Positions 35,370 to 44,574 of a DNA stretch of 45,055 nucleotides are shown piece after piece. The notes under the pieces are model-generated. The model ran no database searches, was not told the DNA's origin, and saw only the letters and a list, made by a program, of their open reading frames with translations. Position 1 is the stretch's first letter. The number at the start of each line of letters is the position of its first letter. Where the stretch lies: the IMG/VR virus record IMGVR_UViG_3300037515_000328, positions 1 to 45,055 of that record; one strand, written 5' to 3'. Origin of the DNA: a virus. Taxonomy: Duplodnaviria > Caudoviricetes. The position numbers were made by a program, and so were the translations under genes.

Positions 35370-35960
35370 TTAACTCCCTACAGCAAAGGCATCATCGAAA
35401 TCCTCGTTTTCCTGTCCAGGCACCGCACTTTCGTACACTAATGGTAGGCTACCCTCTGGGGCATCTTCCAAAGAAGAAAGTATGATCTGGGTTCCACCGC
35501 CCCCTTCTTGTACGTTATAGGAGTAGTCCCCTGTAGTAAGACCGTTCACGAAACCATATATCTCCACGGTGCCATCCTTTAACTGAAGGGCTACAACGAA
35601 AGACCCTTTGTCCAACGAATCCAAGATACATTTAGCTTCCTCGGTAACCCCTGTGATAAGAATGCCCACATTGTGGATATACTGTGGATAACCAAGATCG
35701 CTACGTGACTTGTCAAAAGAACCATAGAACGAACTTCCCGCCTCGGTCCCTATGATAGGGTAGCCAGTGGTACCTGCCTTAAGGGCAAACGCAACCTTGT
35801 AGTCGCATACCTCTGTCTCTGGATCTGGCAACGTTATCGTGGACGTATCGATATCGGTCTTATTGATAAGCACCGCCTGTTGGTAATATTTCCTTGCAGG
35901 GGCTATACAGCTACCATCGTAACTGTTGAACAACCTTGCGCATGTTGATGTAACTGCCAT
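35370..35960 (-). CDS. Putative major tail (tube) protein
   Basis: 196 aa, acidic and beta-rich, directly after the capsid gene; ends EDFDDAFA. Confidence 0.6.
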   Translation of the reverse strand: MAVTSTCARLFNSYDGSCIAPARKYYQQAVLINKTDIDTSTITLPDPETEVCDYKVAFALKAGTTGYPIIGTEAGSSFYGSFDKSRSDLGYPQYIHNVGILITGVTEEAKCILDSLDKGSFVVALQLKDGTVEIYGFVNGLTTGDYSYNVQEGGGGTQIILSSLEDAPEGSLPLVYESAVPGQENEDFDDAFAVGS

Positions 35961-35973
35961 AGCTTATTTGTTT

Positions 35974-37041
35974 TTAACTGCCTTGTTCGGAAATATAAAC
36001 GTACTCGTCAAGTGGTATCATGACCCCCAAACGTACCATTGAATCAATGTAGATCATTCGGTCGGTCTTGTCGTAGAACATGTCGAAACCTTCCATTTTG
36101 GAATCGGTGTTCGTACCGATCAAAAGGTTTGATTTACGGATAAGCAATGCCCTCCATTTGTCATCTGCCACGGCTCCCGCAGCAGTCATGGAAAGGTCGA
36201 TTTCCCTGTGCGCCTCAACTGGTATCCCGAAAATCCTAAGACCTTCTACGTTGTACCTACGTGCGGCTGTGATACCGTTCGGGTCCAAGCAATCGCAATT
36301 GTACATTGAGGAATCCCCCATCTTGTTAAGCCATGCGACCAATTTAGCGGCAACGGCATAAGTGGTCTTCCATACAAGGTCCGGGGAACTTCCCCATACT
36401 TGCTGCACCCCGAAATCATAAGCGGCCTCAAAAGCGGCGTAAATTTCTTCTGGGGTTGGTTCGGCCCCTGCAACAACGATATCTATTTTCTCACCGTCTC
36501 CCGCTTCGGCCTGTGCGAAGAAACCATCACAACCATTGATAAAGTCGTTTTCGGTGGCTGCGGTATCTCCCCAGTAACCTACCCTCCATTGTGTCCCCAA
36601 TACTTGGCTCCTTACGGTCTGCTCGATGTAATCCAAGAATGCTTGGGCGTCTGGCTCCGATGTGGGGTCTTCCAATCCCTGACGGTACGTGTTCCAGAAC
36701 ATCAAGAATTCTTCATCGAATGTCCGCATACAAATGGACATCCTACAATTGTACTCGGCCAAGCACCATTCCTTAGCGGAATAGTTGGGGGTAAGGTCAC
36801 AAGCATTAAGATCACAAGAGGTTTCATCCCCCACGGGCATTGACCCGTAATAATCCTGCGCAAGGACTATGGGCTGCACCTGACCGTTTCGCCTGTTGGT
36901 GATAAGGTTGTGCGCAGCGGAGAAACTCCCCACCCCGAAGGTTTCTTGCCAAATGGCCTCATTTATGTTTACGATGTCGGCTGCGACAAGGTTTGTGACC
37001 AAATCACCGATAGCCGTTGCAAAATTTCCCTGTAATGCCAT
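35974..37041 (-). CDS. Major capsid protein
   Basis: 355 aa following the protease/scaffold gene; YWGDT...CDGFF, NLLIGT. Confidence 0.8.
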   Translation of the reverse strand: MALQGNFATAIGDLVTNLVAADIVNINEAIWQETFGVGSFSAAHNLITNRRNGQVQPIVLAQDYYGSMPVGDETSCDLNACDLTPNYSAKEWCLAEYNCRMSICMRTFDEEFLMFWNTYRQGLEDPTSEPDAQAFLDYIEQTVRSQVLGTQWRVGYWGDTAATENDFINGCDGFFAQAEAGDGEKIDIVVAGAEPTPEEIYAAFEAAYDFGVQQVWGSSPDLVWKTTYAVAAKLVAWLNKMGDSSMYNCDCLDPNGITAARRYNVEGLRIFGIPVEAHREIDLSMTAAGAVADDKWRALLIRKSNLLIGTNTDSKMEGFDMFYDKTDRMIYIDSMVRLGVMIPLDEYVYISEQGS

Positions 37042-37047
37042 TTCGAT

Positions 37048-38166
37048 CTATTTTTTGTTGTTAGTAGTTTTGTTCTTTCTCCATTGCGCCACTGTGGCCG
37101 AAATGGTTTCCTTTTTCTTGTCCTTATCCTTTGGATCCGTATCAGGCCCTTTAGAGGAACCTTTAAGCTTGGCTATAGTAGCCTCCGCAATTTTAAGTTT
37201 GCTCACCGCTTCGTCACGTTCTTTCCTCATTCCGGTCACTTCTGTTTCGATGGCCTCTACCCTCCCGGATAGTTCGGCAGTATATTCCAATGTGGCGGCC
37301 AAAGCTTCCACAAGTTCGTCCGTGGTAACATCGTCTTCATCTTCCGAAGCTGGATCCACGATTTCTTTTACCACGCTGTCCACGAAAACGTATGTTTTAC
37401 CGTCCTGGCCCACAACGTTAACGGGGGCTTCCTCTGTTCCGCCAACGGGCTGTCCCGCCAATGTGGCACGTGCTCCAACTTCGATAACGGCGTCTTCCGC
37501 AAGGTCCGGGAACATTAGTTCCTGTTCGTCTGCGGTGAAGATCATTTTATTTACCTCCTTGTCAAAAATAGCTTTAAGGATGGTCTGCAATCTGTTTTTC
37601 TTGGACATCGTATGTTGTTTTTTGTTCTTACTATTTTTATTTGCCGTGGCGGCAATCTTCAAATCGGTGTTTGCGGTTACAAACCCAAGATCGGAAAGTT
37701 GTTGTTCGGTAAGCCATGTTTCGTTTTTGAGCAACGGGGCAATGGCCTCCTTATTAAGGTTCAGTTCCTTTGTATAGAATCCTATCACTTTTCCCTCTAC
37801 GTCCCTAAGATGCTTGGAGTGGTCCTCCATTTCCTCCGCTGTGGCAAAAGAAATGCCCCCCATCGGAAGGTGTATCATGAATTGGGTATTCGGCTTTACC
37901 AATCGCTTATGTCCGGCCATGAATATCACCGTGGCGATACTCGCTACCATTCCGTCCCCGATAGTAGTAACTGGAAGCCCAAGGGATTTAAGGAAGTTGA
38001 ATATATCAAAGCCCGTTTCTACAATTCCACCTTCGGAATTTATGTAGACTTCAAAGGAAGTGGCCTCTGGTTGTTTGCGGACCTGCGAAATGACGTCGAT
38101 CAGCTCAATGCCCTTTTCTTCGTCCCAAGAACCTATCTGCCCTGATATATTAATTCTTCCAACCAT
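37048..38166 (-). CDS. ClpP-like (S14) prohead protease with C-terminal scaffold-like extension
   Basis: YINSEGG, VASIATVIFMAG, FMIHLP, ETWLT; acidic coiled-coil C-terminus; likely start ATG 38166. Confidence 0.9.
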   Translation of the reverse strand: MVGRINISGQIGSWDEEKGIELIDVISQVRKQPEATSFEVYINSEGGIVETGFDIFNFLKSLGLPVTTIGDGMVASIATVIFMAGHKRLVKPNTQFMIHLPMGGISFATAEEMEDHSKHLRDVEGKVIGFYTKELNLNKEAIAPLLKNETWLTEQQLSDLGFVTANTDLKIAATANKNSKNKKQHTMSKKNRLQTILKAIFDKEVNKMIFTADEQELMFPDLAEDAVIEVGARATLAGQPVGGTEEAPVNVVGQDGKTYVFVDSVVKEIVDPASEDEDDVTTDELVEALAATLEYTAELSGRVEAIETEVTGMRKERDEAVSKLKIAEATIAKLKGSSKGPDTDPKDKDKKKETISATVAQWRKNKTTNNKK

Positions 38167-38185
38167 ATAACAAAAGTTATAATAA

Positions 38186-38218
38186 TTGGCCAAAAAGTCG
38201 TATTTTTGACCAAAAGAC
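38186..38218. promoter_or_regulatory. Direct repeat TTG(G/A)CCAAAA at 20-bp spacing upstream of the late head operon
   Basis: ttggccaaaa at 38186 and ttgaccaaaa at 38206. Confidence 0.35.
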
Positions 38219-38224
38219 TGGACA

Positions 38225-38335
38225 ATGACCTACAGAAAATTACTTAGGAACCCTCTTTCCGAACGTGCCGTAAAAATAATAGCCCACTACTGTATAATGG
38301 AAAGGATAAAGAAGAACATTCAACCAAAAGCCTAA
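38225..38335 (+). CDS. 36-aa hypothetical protein
   Basis: MTYRKLLRNPLSERAVKIIAHYCIMERIKKNIQPKA; ends 3 nt before the next gene. Confidence 0.4.
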   Translation: MTYRKLLRNPLSERAVKIIAHYCIMERIKKNIQPKA

Positions 38336-38338
38336 ATT

Positions 38339-38521
38339 ATGGAACACATTGATTTTGTATTATGGATGGTTCTTTATCCAATAGCTAGCGGCATAACGAA
38401 TTATTTGGGCACCAAATCAAGAATTCTTGAGGGCCTGCCTCCGTATGGTAAGACAACTACCGCATTGGCCTCCCTAACAACTATTGTTATATGGATTTAC
38501 GTAGCAACTTTATTGTACTGA
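38339..38521 (+). CDS. Small two-TM protein
   Basis: Two hydrophobic segments. Confidence 0.6.
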   Translation: MEHIDFVLWMVLYPIASGITNYLGTKSRILEGLPPYGKTTTALASLTTIVIWIYVATLLY

Positions 38522-38522
38522 T

Positions 38523-38747
38523 ATGTATGGCTTTGCCGTTTTCGTGATATTTGTAGTGATCGGATATAGGTTCGCCCGACAAAAGAACCCGTACATACGT
38601 GCGCACCAAAAGAAATGGAAGAACGAAAAGGACTATGATGGGTATATTAAATGGTTGGATTCAAAAGGTGGGGATATGCCAATTAAGGAAGTGAAGGGTA
38701 AAGAGGAGCGGGAGTTGATGAAGGAAATTGAAAATAATTTTAAATAG
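38523..38747 (+). CDS. Small N-terminally anchored membrane protein
   Basis: MYGFAVFVIFVVIGY. Confidence 0.6.
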   Translation: MYGFAVFVIFVVIGYRFARQKNPYIRAHQKKWKNEKDYDGYIKWLDSKGGDMPIKEVKGKEERELMKEIENNFK

Positions 38748-38778
38748 CATTAAGTTTTTTCGTACATTTATATCAAAT

Positions 38779-38847
38779 CCGCCAAGATGAAAATATTAAC
38801 CCATCCCCTTTTCGTTTTACTTGGCGGTAACGATTAGGGGATTTTTA
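38779..38847 (+). promoter_or_regulatory. Attenuator-like leader with a 16-aa leader ORF (38787..38837)
   Basis: CCGCCAAG pairs with CTTGGCGG in the loop of ATCCCCT/TCGTT...AACGA/AGGGGAT-TTTT. Confidence 0.55.
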
Positions 38848-38859
38848 TTAACCAAAATC

Positions 38860-39201
38860 ATGAAATTAAAGAAAAGAATCAAATCGGCACTGGCGGCATT
38901 CCTTAGGGAAGAACTTTTGGAATACATCGGTTACAGACACGAATTACCGTACAGCGCACTTAACAATAGTTTCCGTGTTGAGAATATTGAGTTTGACACT
39001 ATGGTCATGGAGCATGTTATTAATCTTCACGGAATGGATGACGAGCCTATGTACATTGAAAGGGAGATTGATAGGTGTAGACGACAATTTGCAAATGAGG
39101 TCTTGCAACATATACATGTGGACGCCCAAGACCTTGTGAGTCCAGAATTTGCAATGCGCAGAATGGTAAGGTTTACATTAAGGGTTCAACGTAAAAAATA
39201 G
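38860..39201 (+). CDS. Hypothetical protein
   Basis: Likely start MKLKKRIK at 38860 (AACCAAAATCATG). Confidence 0.65.
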   Translation: MKLKKRIKSALAAFLREELLEYIGYRHELPYSALNNSFRVENIEFDTMVMEHVINLHGMDDEPMYIEREIDRCRRQFANEVLQHIHVDAQDLVSPEFAMRRMVRFTLRVQRKK

Positions 39202-39205
39202 GTTT

Positions 39206-39400
39206 ATGAGAGTAATAAAGAAAATCATAGTTTATACCGACGTGTCTCAAAAAGACATCGAAAAGTTTCATGAAGAAAAGGACAGGGTAAACGATGAAGG
39301 AATGGTTATATCTGAATTTAAATGCAATTATAACCATTGGGAACCGAATAAAGTAGAGGTGACGTATGTCAATCCATGCGAATACTGTTTCAATCCTTAA
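39206..39400 (+). CDS. Hypothetical protein
   Basis: Follows 38860..39201 by 4 nt. Confidence 0.55.
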   Translation: MRVIKKIIVYTDVSQKDIEKFHEEKDRVNDEGMVISEFKCNYNHWEPNKVEVTYVNPCEYCFNP

Positions 39401-39626
39401 CGTAAGATTTCATGTCGCTAACAGCCCTCCTTACCGTTGTGACACTTGATCTTGTTTCATTTGCAACAATAATGTACCTGTTCGTCTTTGAACCGCTCTT
39501 TATATCCATATAGGTCTTATAGATATTATAGTATACCAAAAGCTTTCCCGACACATACCCGTCTTTGGTCAGCGTCCTGATCATTTCAATATTCTGTTCG
39601 ACAAACTTGTACTTTTGTTTTCTCAT
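39390..39626 (-). CDS. HTH protein, candidate late-gene regulator
   Basis: Likely start MRKQKY by ATGA overlap with the glycosyltransferase; VANETRSSVTTVRRAVSDM. Confidence 0.6.
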   Translation of the reverse strand: MRKQKYKFVEQNIEMIRTLTKDGYVSGKLLVYYNIYKTYMDIKSGSKTNRYIIVANETRSSVTTVRRAVSDMKSYVKD

Positions 39627-40831
39627 TTCAAATGTTGTCTGTCCTTGGATGGGTTCTCGCTCCAAATCCTGTAAAGGTGGTAAACGTAAAGACCCTTCAT
39701 AAGACCCAATTTATATCCCTTCCTTCGTACCGATTTGCTGAATGCGTCATCAAAAGCGATATTGTTTTCCTCGAATTTGCATTCGTTCCAAACGCTCTTG
39801 GGGAAAAGCATAAACATTCCCGCAATGTATTTCTTGTCAGTGATGTCCTCGACTTCGGCCCAATTTTCCTTTTCCTTTTGTCTACCTATTTCTGCATGTC
39901 GCAACATATCGTGGTATTCGTTCATATCACCTACCCGTTGAATGTCCCTACCCAGCCTGTTAGTCACACATCCGATCAACCCGAACTCGTCACCGTGCTT
40001 TCGTATTGCATCCTCAATTTGCCTTCCCCAATTCGGTGTAAGGTAGGCAATATCCCCGTCCTGTAAACATATCCAACTTCCATCCGGCACAAGTTCGCAA
40101 AACTCGTTCAATGCTTTACCTATATTCTTTTCCGTGCTGTATGGGTTGGAATAGAAAACCCGAATACGTTCGTCCTTTTTGTACGGTATGAACTCCTTAC
40201 TATCCAACTTTTCAAAATATCTCCTTTTGTTCTGGGCCAAATATTTCCCACGGTCAGGGGTTGACGTTCTGTTTTCCTTTGGGTTCTGGTCCATGCAGTA
40301 CAAATGTCTGCCGCTTCCCATTACATCCATGAACGGGTGGGGGATAAGCCCTGCATTAAATACACGGTTGGAAAATGCCCCATGCCAGTAGCCGTACTTT
40401 ATGAATCCAGTATCGAAACCTCCGACCTTTTGAAGAACCTCTTTTGTAAGGTATATCATGCATCCGTTCGGGTTTTCGAAATGGAGCAGACCGTTTACCA
40501 ATTTGAATTTATATTTAAAAGTATAGTTCAAATGAGCGGCCCCCGATTTGATGTATAGTTGTTCCCATCCAGATTTAATGGGATACGTATCATCATCGAA
40601 AAGGAAAATGTGGTCACAACCTTCCAAAAGTTCTAAACATTTGTTCTTTGCTATCGGGGAACCTTGGTTGACATCGAATCGGAACGTTGCGTGTGGTACT
40701 GGTATTTTGCTCCCATCATCGACAACCACCAATTTATACGGGACATTTGTAAACTGTTTGATGCGTTCAATTGTATCCAAAACCTGGGCGTTCCTGTCTT
40801 TTGTTGTAATTCCGATTCCTATGCTTTCCAA
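39623..40831 (-). CDS. Two-domain GT-A (GT2-like) glycosyltransferase
   Basis: Domain 1 IGITTKDR, VVVDDGS, FLFDDD, VGGFD; domain 2 NIGKALNEF, CLQDGD, AGMFMLFPKSVW, FDDAFS, YVYHLYR. Confidence 0.85.
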   Translation of the reverse strand: MESIGIGITTKDRNAQVLDTIERIKQFTNVPYKLVVVDDGSKIPVPHATFRFDVNQGSPIAKNKCLELLEGCDHIFLFDDDTYPIKSGWEQLYIKSGAAHLNYTFKYKFKLVNGLLHFENPNGCMIYLTKEVLQKVGGFDTGFIKYGYWHGAFSNRVFNAGLIPHPFMDVMGSGRHLYCMDQNPKENRTSTPDRGKYLAQNKRRYFEKLDSKEFIPYKKDERIRVFYSNPYSTEKNIGKALNEFCELVPDGSWICLQDGDIAYLTPNWGRQIEDAIRKHGDEFGLIGCVTNRLGRDIQRVGDMNEYHDMLRHAEIGRQKEKENWAEVEDITDKKYIAGMFMLFPKSVWNECKFEENNIAFDDAFSKSVRRKGYKLGLMKGLYVYHLYRIWSENPSKDRQHLK

Positions 40832-41112
40832 TACTTACAAATTTTAATGTTCTGCCTAAGAAGGTATGGAAGGGCGCATCCGCATTCGTCGCACATCTTA
40901 CCAGATAGGGTCGGTATGCGTTCATCTTCAATCCTCATAAAATCAATAGGCTCATCAACAAAATTTCCACATACTTCCGTTTGGCATACCTTGGCCCTTT
41001 CGTTTGCCGTAGATTCCATTATTAAGGTCGGCTTGTTATAGTTGTTTATCCCCGTTTCGATTGGTTTTAATCCGTACTGGATAAGGCTCTTTGTTTTTTT
41101 TAACAGGCTCAT
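40819..41112 (-). CDS. Cys-rich (Zn-binding-like) protein
   Basis: RAKVCQTEVC...CDECGC...CKYW. Confidence 0.65.
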   Translation of the reverse strand: MSLLKKTKSLIQYGLKPIETGINNYNKPTLIMESTANERAKVCQTEVCGNFVDEPIDFMRIEDERIPTLSGKMCDECGCALPYLLRQNIKICKYWKA

Positions 41113-41113
41113 T

Positions 41114-41353
41114 TCAATTCAAATTATGGTCAAAGTGATTTATTTGATTGTCCCAGTCAGGTTCAATTGTTCCTTCTTTGCAAGGTATCTCAGATATCAA
41201 TATTCCGTCAACCTTACAATAACCTAGCCCATTATTTTCGCAATAGTTTTCAGCATCCTCAAAAGTAATCCCCGGTACGTATGGGCCCGAATAGGTCTTT
41301 AATGTTCCGTCCCTTGGGCATATTGCTCTTATCGTTGTGATGTAGGTATTCAT
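41114..41353 (-). CDS. Hypothetical protein
   Basis: Operon packing. Confidence 0.6.
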   Translation of the reverse strand: MNTYITTIRAICPRDGTLKTYSGPYVPGITFEDAENYCENNGLGYCKVDGILISEIPCKEGTIEPDWDNQINHFDHNLN

Positions 41354-41364
41354 TTTCTTTCCGT

Positions 41365-44034
41365 TTAAAATGTACTTGCCCTTCTAATGGATTGGTTGTC
41401 GCTAAGGTTCGTAAGCCCCTGTTCGCTTCCCTCTGCGGTGCCCTGTGCAGCCCCTTCCCTTACAGCTTGTGACACGTTGTCAGCAAGTCCAGAAGCGTTG
41501 GCCCTGTCATCAATGCTTTGTTGCACGGTTGCGTTTCCGCTTGCCGCTACCGCACTAAGATTTGATTGGTTTCCCGAAAGCCCTTGCATGTCGCTGCTTG
41601 CAGTGGATACCGCAGCACTTCCCCCATCTGCGACCGTCCCACCATCTGCTGCCGGTACTTTTGTTTTCAATATGTTCTTCACAGCTGCAAACCCGGTCGC
41701 TGCTGCCAGCGCCACAGCGGGTATGCTCGCAGGGAACGGGGCGGCCAATGCGGATGTTATACCTTTGAACGTATTTATAAGCGCTTGGGACACTGCCAGT
41801 GCTTTTCCAAATCCTGAATTTTTGTCCACTATTTGGGACAGGGCGGAAAACATACTGTTTGCAATGTCGATACGCTGTGCTGCCAATGCTTTTTCGTTGG
41901 CAAGTTCGTTCTTTTCCCTCGCCCTTGAATACTTGTTAGTTATAGCGTTCAGCCTAGCGTTATAAAGTTCCTCGCTAATTGCACCTTGTTTTCTTCTTTC
42001 ATCCAGTTGTTGGAGTTCCAACGCCCTTTGTTCGGCAAGTTGGGCCTGTTGTATCTCGAATTTGTTCGCCCCTTCGGCCTGTAGCCTTGCAAGTTCTTCT
42101 TCAAACTCAATCGCCCTTAGCTCGGTGGCTTCCTGCTTTTCAATAAGCTTTCTCTCGTCATCGATTTCCTTGTTGGCAACTCGGTTGATTTCCGAAAGTT
42201 CCCTAATGGCGTCATCGAATTCCTGTTGGTTGATAAGCCCTGTCTCCAAACGCAACCTAGCGAGCTCCTGTTCCTGTAATAGAATGGTAGCGTTCTCCGC
42301 TTTGCGTTGCTCTGCCAATTGTGCGCTAAGGAACTGGGCGTTTTCCCGTTGAATTTCAAGGGACATGCGGTTGGCCTCGACTTCACGCAGTGCGTTGTCA
42401 ACTGCTAATTCCGCCCGTTTCTGTCCGAGTTCTGCATCAAGGTTAAGGATTTCCTTTTGGTATACCTCTTGGCTTATTTTCTTGGCCTTTAGTTCGGCAT
42501 CAAGAATGGCCCGGCGCCTTTCGGAAGCCGCTTCCTCGAGTGCAAGTTCCTCGGACAATGTTCTGGCCCGTTCGCCCTGCTCCGCAATGAACAGGTCCAA
42601 GAGTTCCTTTTGCTTTTGTATCTGTAGGTCCACCGCCTTTTGTTGTTGGGCAATGGCATCCTTTCGAATGGTATTAAGATTACTTTGAAGTCTTACTTGT
42701 TCTTGCGCTGCCTGTGCGTCCGAATCGTGCATTTTTCCCCTAATCTCCGCTATAGCGATCGCCTCTTCCCTTGAAGTGTCGTTTCGTGCTGCGTTATTCT
42801 CAGCTATGGCCAACTCAATAGCTAGCTCTTCTTTCTTAAGGATATTTATCTGCTCGCTAAGCCTCAATGCTTCCACTGCCGACTTCTCCCTTTCTGCCTG
42901 TGTTTTTGTCTGGTCCCTTGCAATTAGGTTCTGCTCTCTAAGTTGCGCATTTAATTGCGGCAACAGTTCGGCATTTCTAAGTTGTGTTTTTTCCAAATTC
43001 TTGGTAAGTTCATCCATTTCCTTACCGAGCCTTACACCTTCCTCTATCCTATCCACAAATACTCCTGCCGCTTCAGCAACATCGTTCCAGCCTTCCTTTG
43101 CTATTTCGGTAAATTGGTCCAACCCTTTTTTGGTTCGCTCAAAATCAAAAGTGAATATTCCCGCCACTACATTTGACAAAGCTTCAAACTGATTTATAAC
43201 GTTGTCCTTAACGTAGTTGTATATTTTCTCAATTGTTTCCAATGGGTTTTCAAAGGCGGATATAAGGGCCAGTCCAAGATCCTGTAGGATTCCCAAGAAC
43301 ACCTCGAACACGGCAACCAACGGACGGGTGGCAGCGGTCACCTTATCCATTCCCTCCTGTGTTCCGGTAAGTGCGTTTACCACCAATCCAAGCACCAATC
43401 CTATTGCCCCTATCACCGCTCCTATAGGGGTGGCAAGGAATACCAAGGACGCTTTTGTCATTGCCCCAAATCCTTGTGCAGCTCCCATTAATGCGGTCTT
43501 CATTCCCGCTAGCCCGTTGGTCATTATGCCCTGTACGGAAAAGGCATCCCTAATACTATGGGTATAGTTGCCAACGTTCATCTTTTGTTGGGCCAACGCA
43601 TCGGAATTGTCCTTTATAAAGGCATTGTTTGCATCCAGTGCGCTGTTGAGTTTTTTTATTTCCTCTTGGCCTTCCGAAGTAGTGGCATTGGCCTCGTTGC
43701 GCAATTTATTTAGAAGCTTGTTCTGTTCCCTTGCCTCTGCAATACTGGTCACCTCTTTATCCAGCGCAACATTCAAAAGGTCCTGACGGTTGGTTGCATC
43801 CACTGTTGCCTGAATGTTGGCGGTCATGGCCTTGATGTGCTCGTTGTATTCCTTGTTAAGGGCTTTTAGGTTGGCCTCGTTTTTAACGTACTCCTGGGTC
43901 TGGGCATCGGTCTCCCTTGCGTTCTCCTTTTGGGACTGCTTTATCTGGTCGATGACCTTTCTAAGGTCTGCGGCAGATTTGACAAGGGCGTCTATGTCGA
44001 TATCAAATTCTGCCAGCTTGATGTTCTCCGCCAT
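41365..44034 (-). CDS. Tape measure protein
   Basis: 889 aa, helical/coiled-coil, Ala/Glu/Gln-rich; KMNVGNY, TPIGAVIGAIG and late hydrophobic segments. Confidence 0.85.
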   Translation of the reverse strand: MAENIKLAEFDIDIDALVKSAADLRKVIDQIKQSQKENARETDAQTQEYVKNEANLKALNKEYNEHIKAMTANIQATVDATNRQDLLNVALDKEVTSIAEAREQNKLLNKLRNEANATTSEGQEEIKKLNSALDANNAFIKDNSDALAQQKMNVGNYTHSIRDAFSVQGIMTNGLAGMKTALMGAAQGFGAMTKASLVFLATPIGAVIGAIGLVLGLVVNALTGTQEGMDKVTAATRPLVAVFEVFLGILQDLGLALISAFENPLETIEKIYNYVKDNVINQFEALSNVVAGIFTFDFERTKKGLDQFTEIAKEGWNDVAEAAGVFVDRIEEGVRLGKEMDELTKNLEKTQLRNAELLPQLNAQLREQNLIARDQTKTQAEREKSAVEALRLSEQINILKKEELAIELAIAENNAARNDTSREEAIAIAEIRGKMHDSDAQAAQEQVRLQSNLNTIRKDAIAQQQKAVDLQIQKQKELLDLFIAEQGERARTLSEELALEEAASERRRAILDAELKAKKISQEVYQKEILNLDAELGQKRAELAVDNALREVEANRMSLEIQRENAQFLSAQLAEQRKAENATILLQEQELARLRLETGLINQQEFDDAIRELSEINRVANKEIDDERKLIEKQEATELRAIEFEEELARLQAEGANKFEIQQAQLAEQRALELQQLDERRKQGAISEELYNARLNAITNKYSRAREKNELANEKALAAQRIDIANSMFSALSQIVDKNSGFGKALAVSQALINTFKGITSALAAPFPASIPAVALAAATGFAAVKNILKTKVPAADGGTVADGGSAAVSTASSDMQGLSGNQSNLSAVAASGNATVQQSIDDRANASGLADNVSQAVREGAAQGTAEGSEQGLTNLSDNQSIRRASTF

Positions 44035-44035
44035 A

Positions 44036-44569
44036 TCAGACTTTTAAAAGTGTTAGGTGACACGTGCCGTTAGGGTTGTCATATACCCTTTGGAAATACA
44101 GCCGTATGGATGTTGCTGTGGCGTGGCTATATGTTGCAAATACCGCATTGCCATTGTACCAAGTTCCGTTCACTTCAAAATTTATAATAGGAATGTAACT
44201 TGTGGTTCCAACAGTGGGAAACACAACGTCCAACCATAGTTCATTGTCGTGGTTGCCATCTGCGGGGTTAACTTGCCATGTGGCATTTGAATCACCATTA
44301 TAGAACTGTCCCTCTGTTGCACTCAAAATAGACAACAAAGAAGATTTGGTATTTAAAAGTACCGCCGTGTTCTCGCTTACTTTTTCCTCCAATGTAACCC
44401 CAGTGTCATAATTGGCGTTCTTCAAAAGATCGTCTACTAGGTTGAAGTTGCTCTCTATTATCACGGCGAGTGCGGCCCTTACCTTCTCTGGCGTGATTTC
44501 CTTTGCGTCGTTGTCGTATATGTTGTCGTTTACCGATGTGGTTTCCCCTGTTCTTCCTACTGCTGCCAT
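44036..44569 (-). CDS. Short tail fibre / receptor-binding-like protein
   Basis: N-terminal NIYDNDAKEITPEKVRAAL; C-terminal VVFPTVGTTSY.P...TATSIRLYF (H-type lectin/gp53-like). Confidence 0.6.
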   Translation of the reverse strand: MAAVGRTGETTSVNDNIYDNDAKEITPEKVRAALAVIIESNFNLVDDLLKNANYDTGVTLEEKVSENTAVLLNTKSSLLSILSATEGQFYNGDSNATWQVNPADGNHDNELWLDVVFPTVGTTSYIPIINFEVNGTWYNGNAVFATYSHATATSIRLYFQRVYDNPNGTCHLTLLKV

Positions 44570-44574
44570 GATGT

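Noticed and set aside
36896-37777. Long + strand ORFs antisense to structural genes (also 4805..5518, 30155..30709, 41387..41965 and others)
   Set aside because: Ser-rich shadow frames of well-supported minus-strand genes, with no motifs or start context
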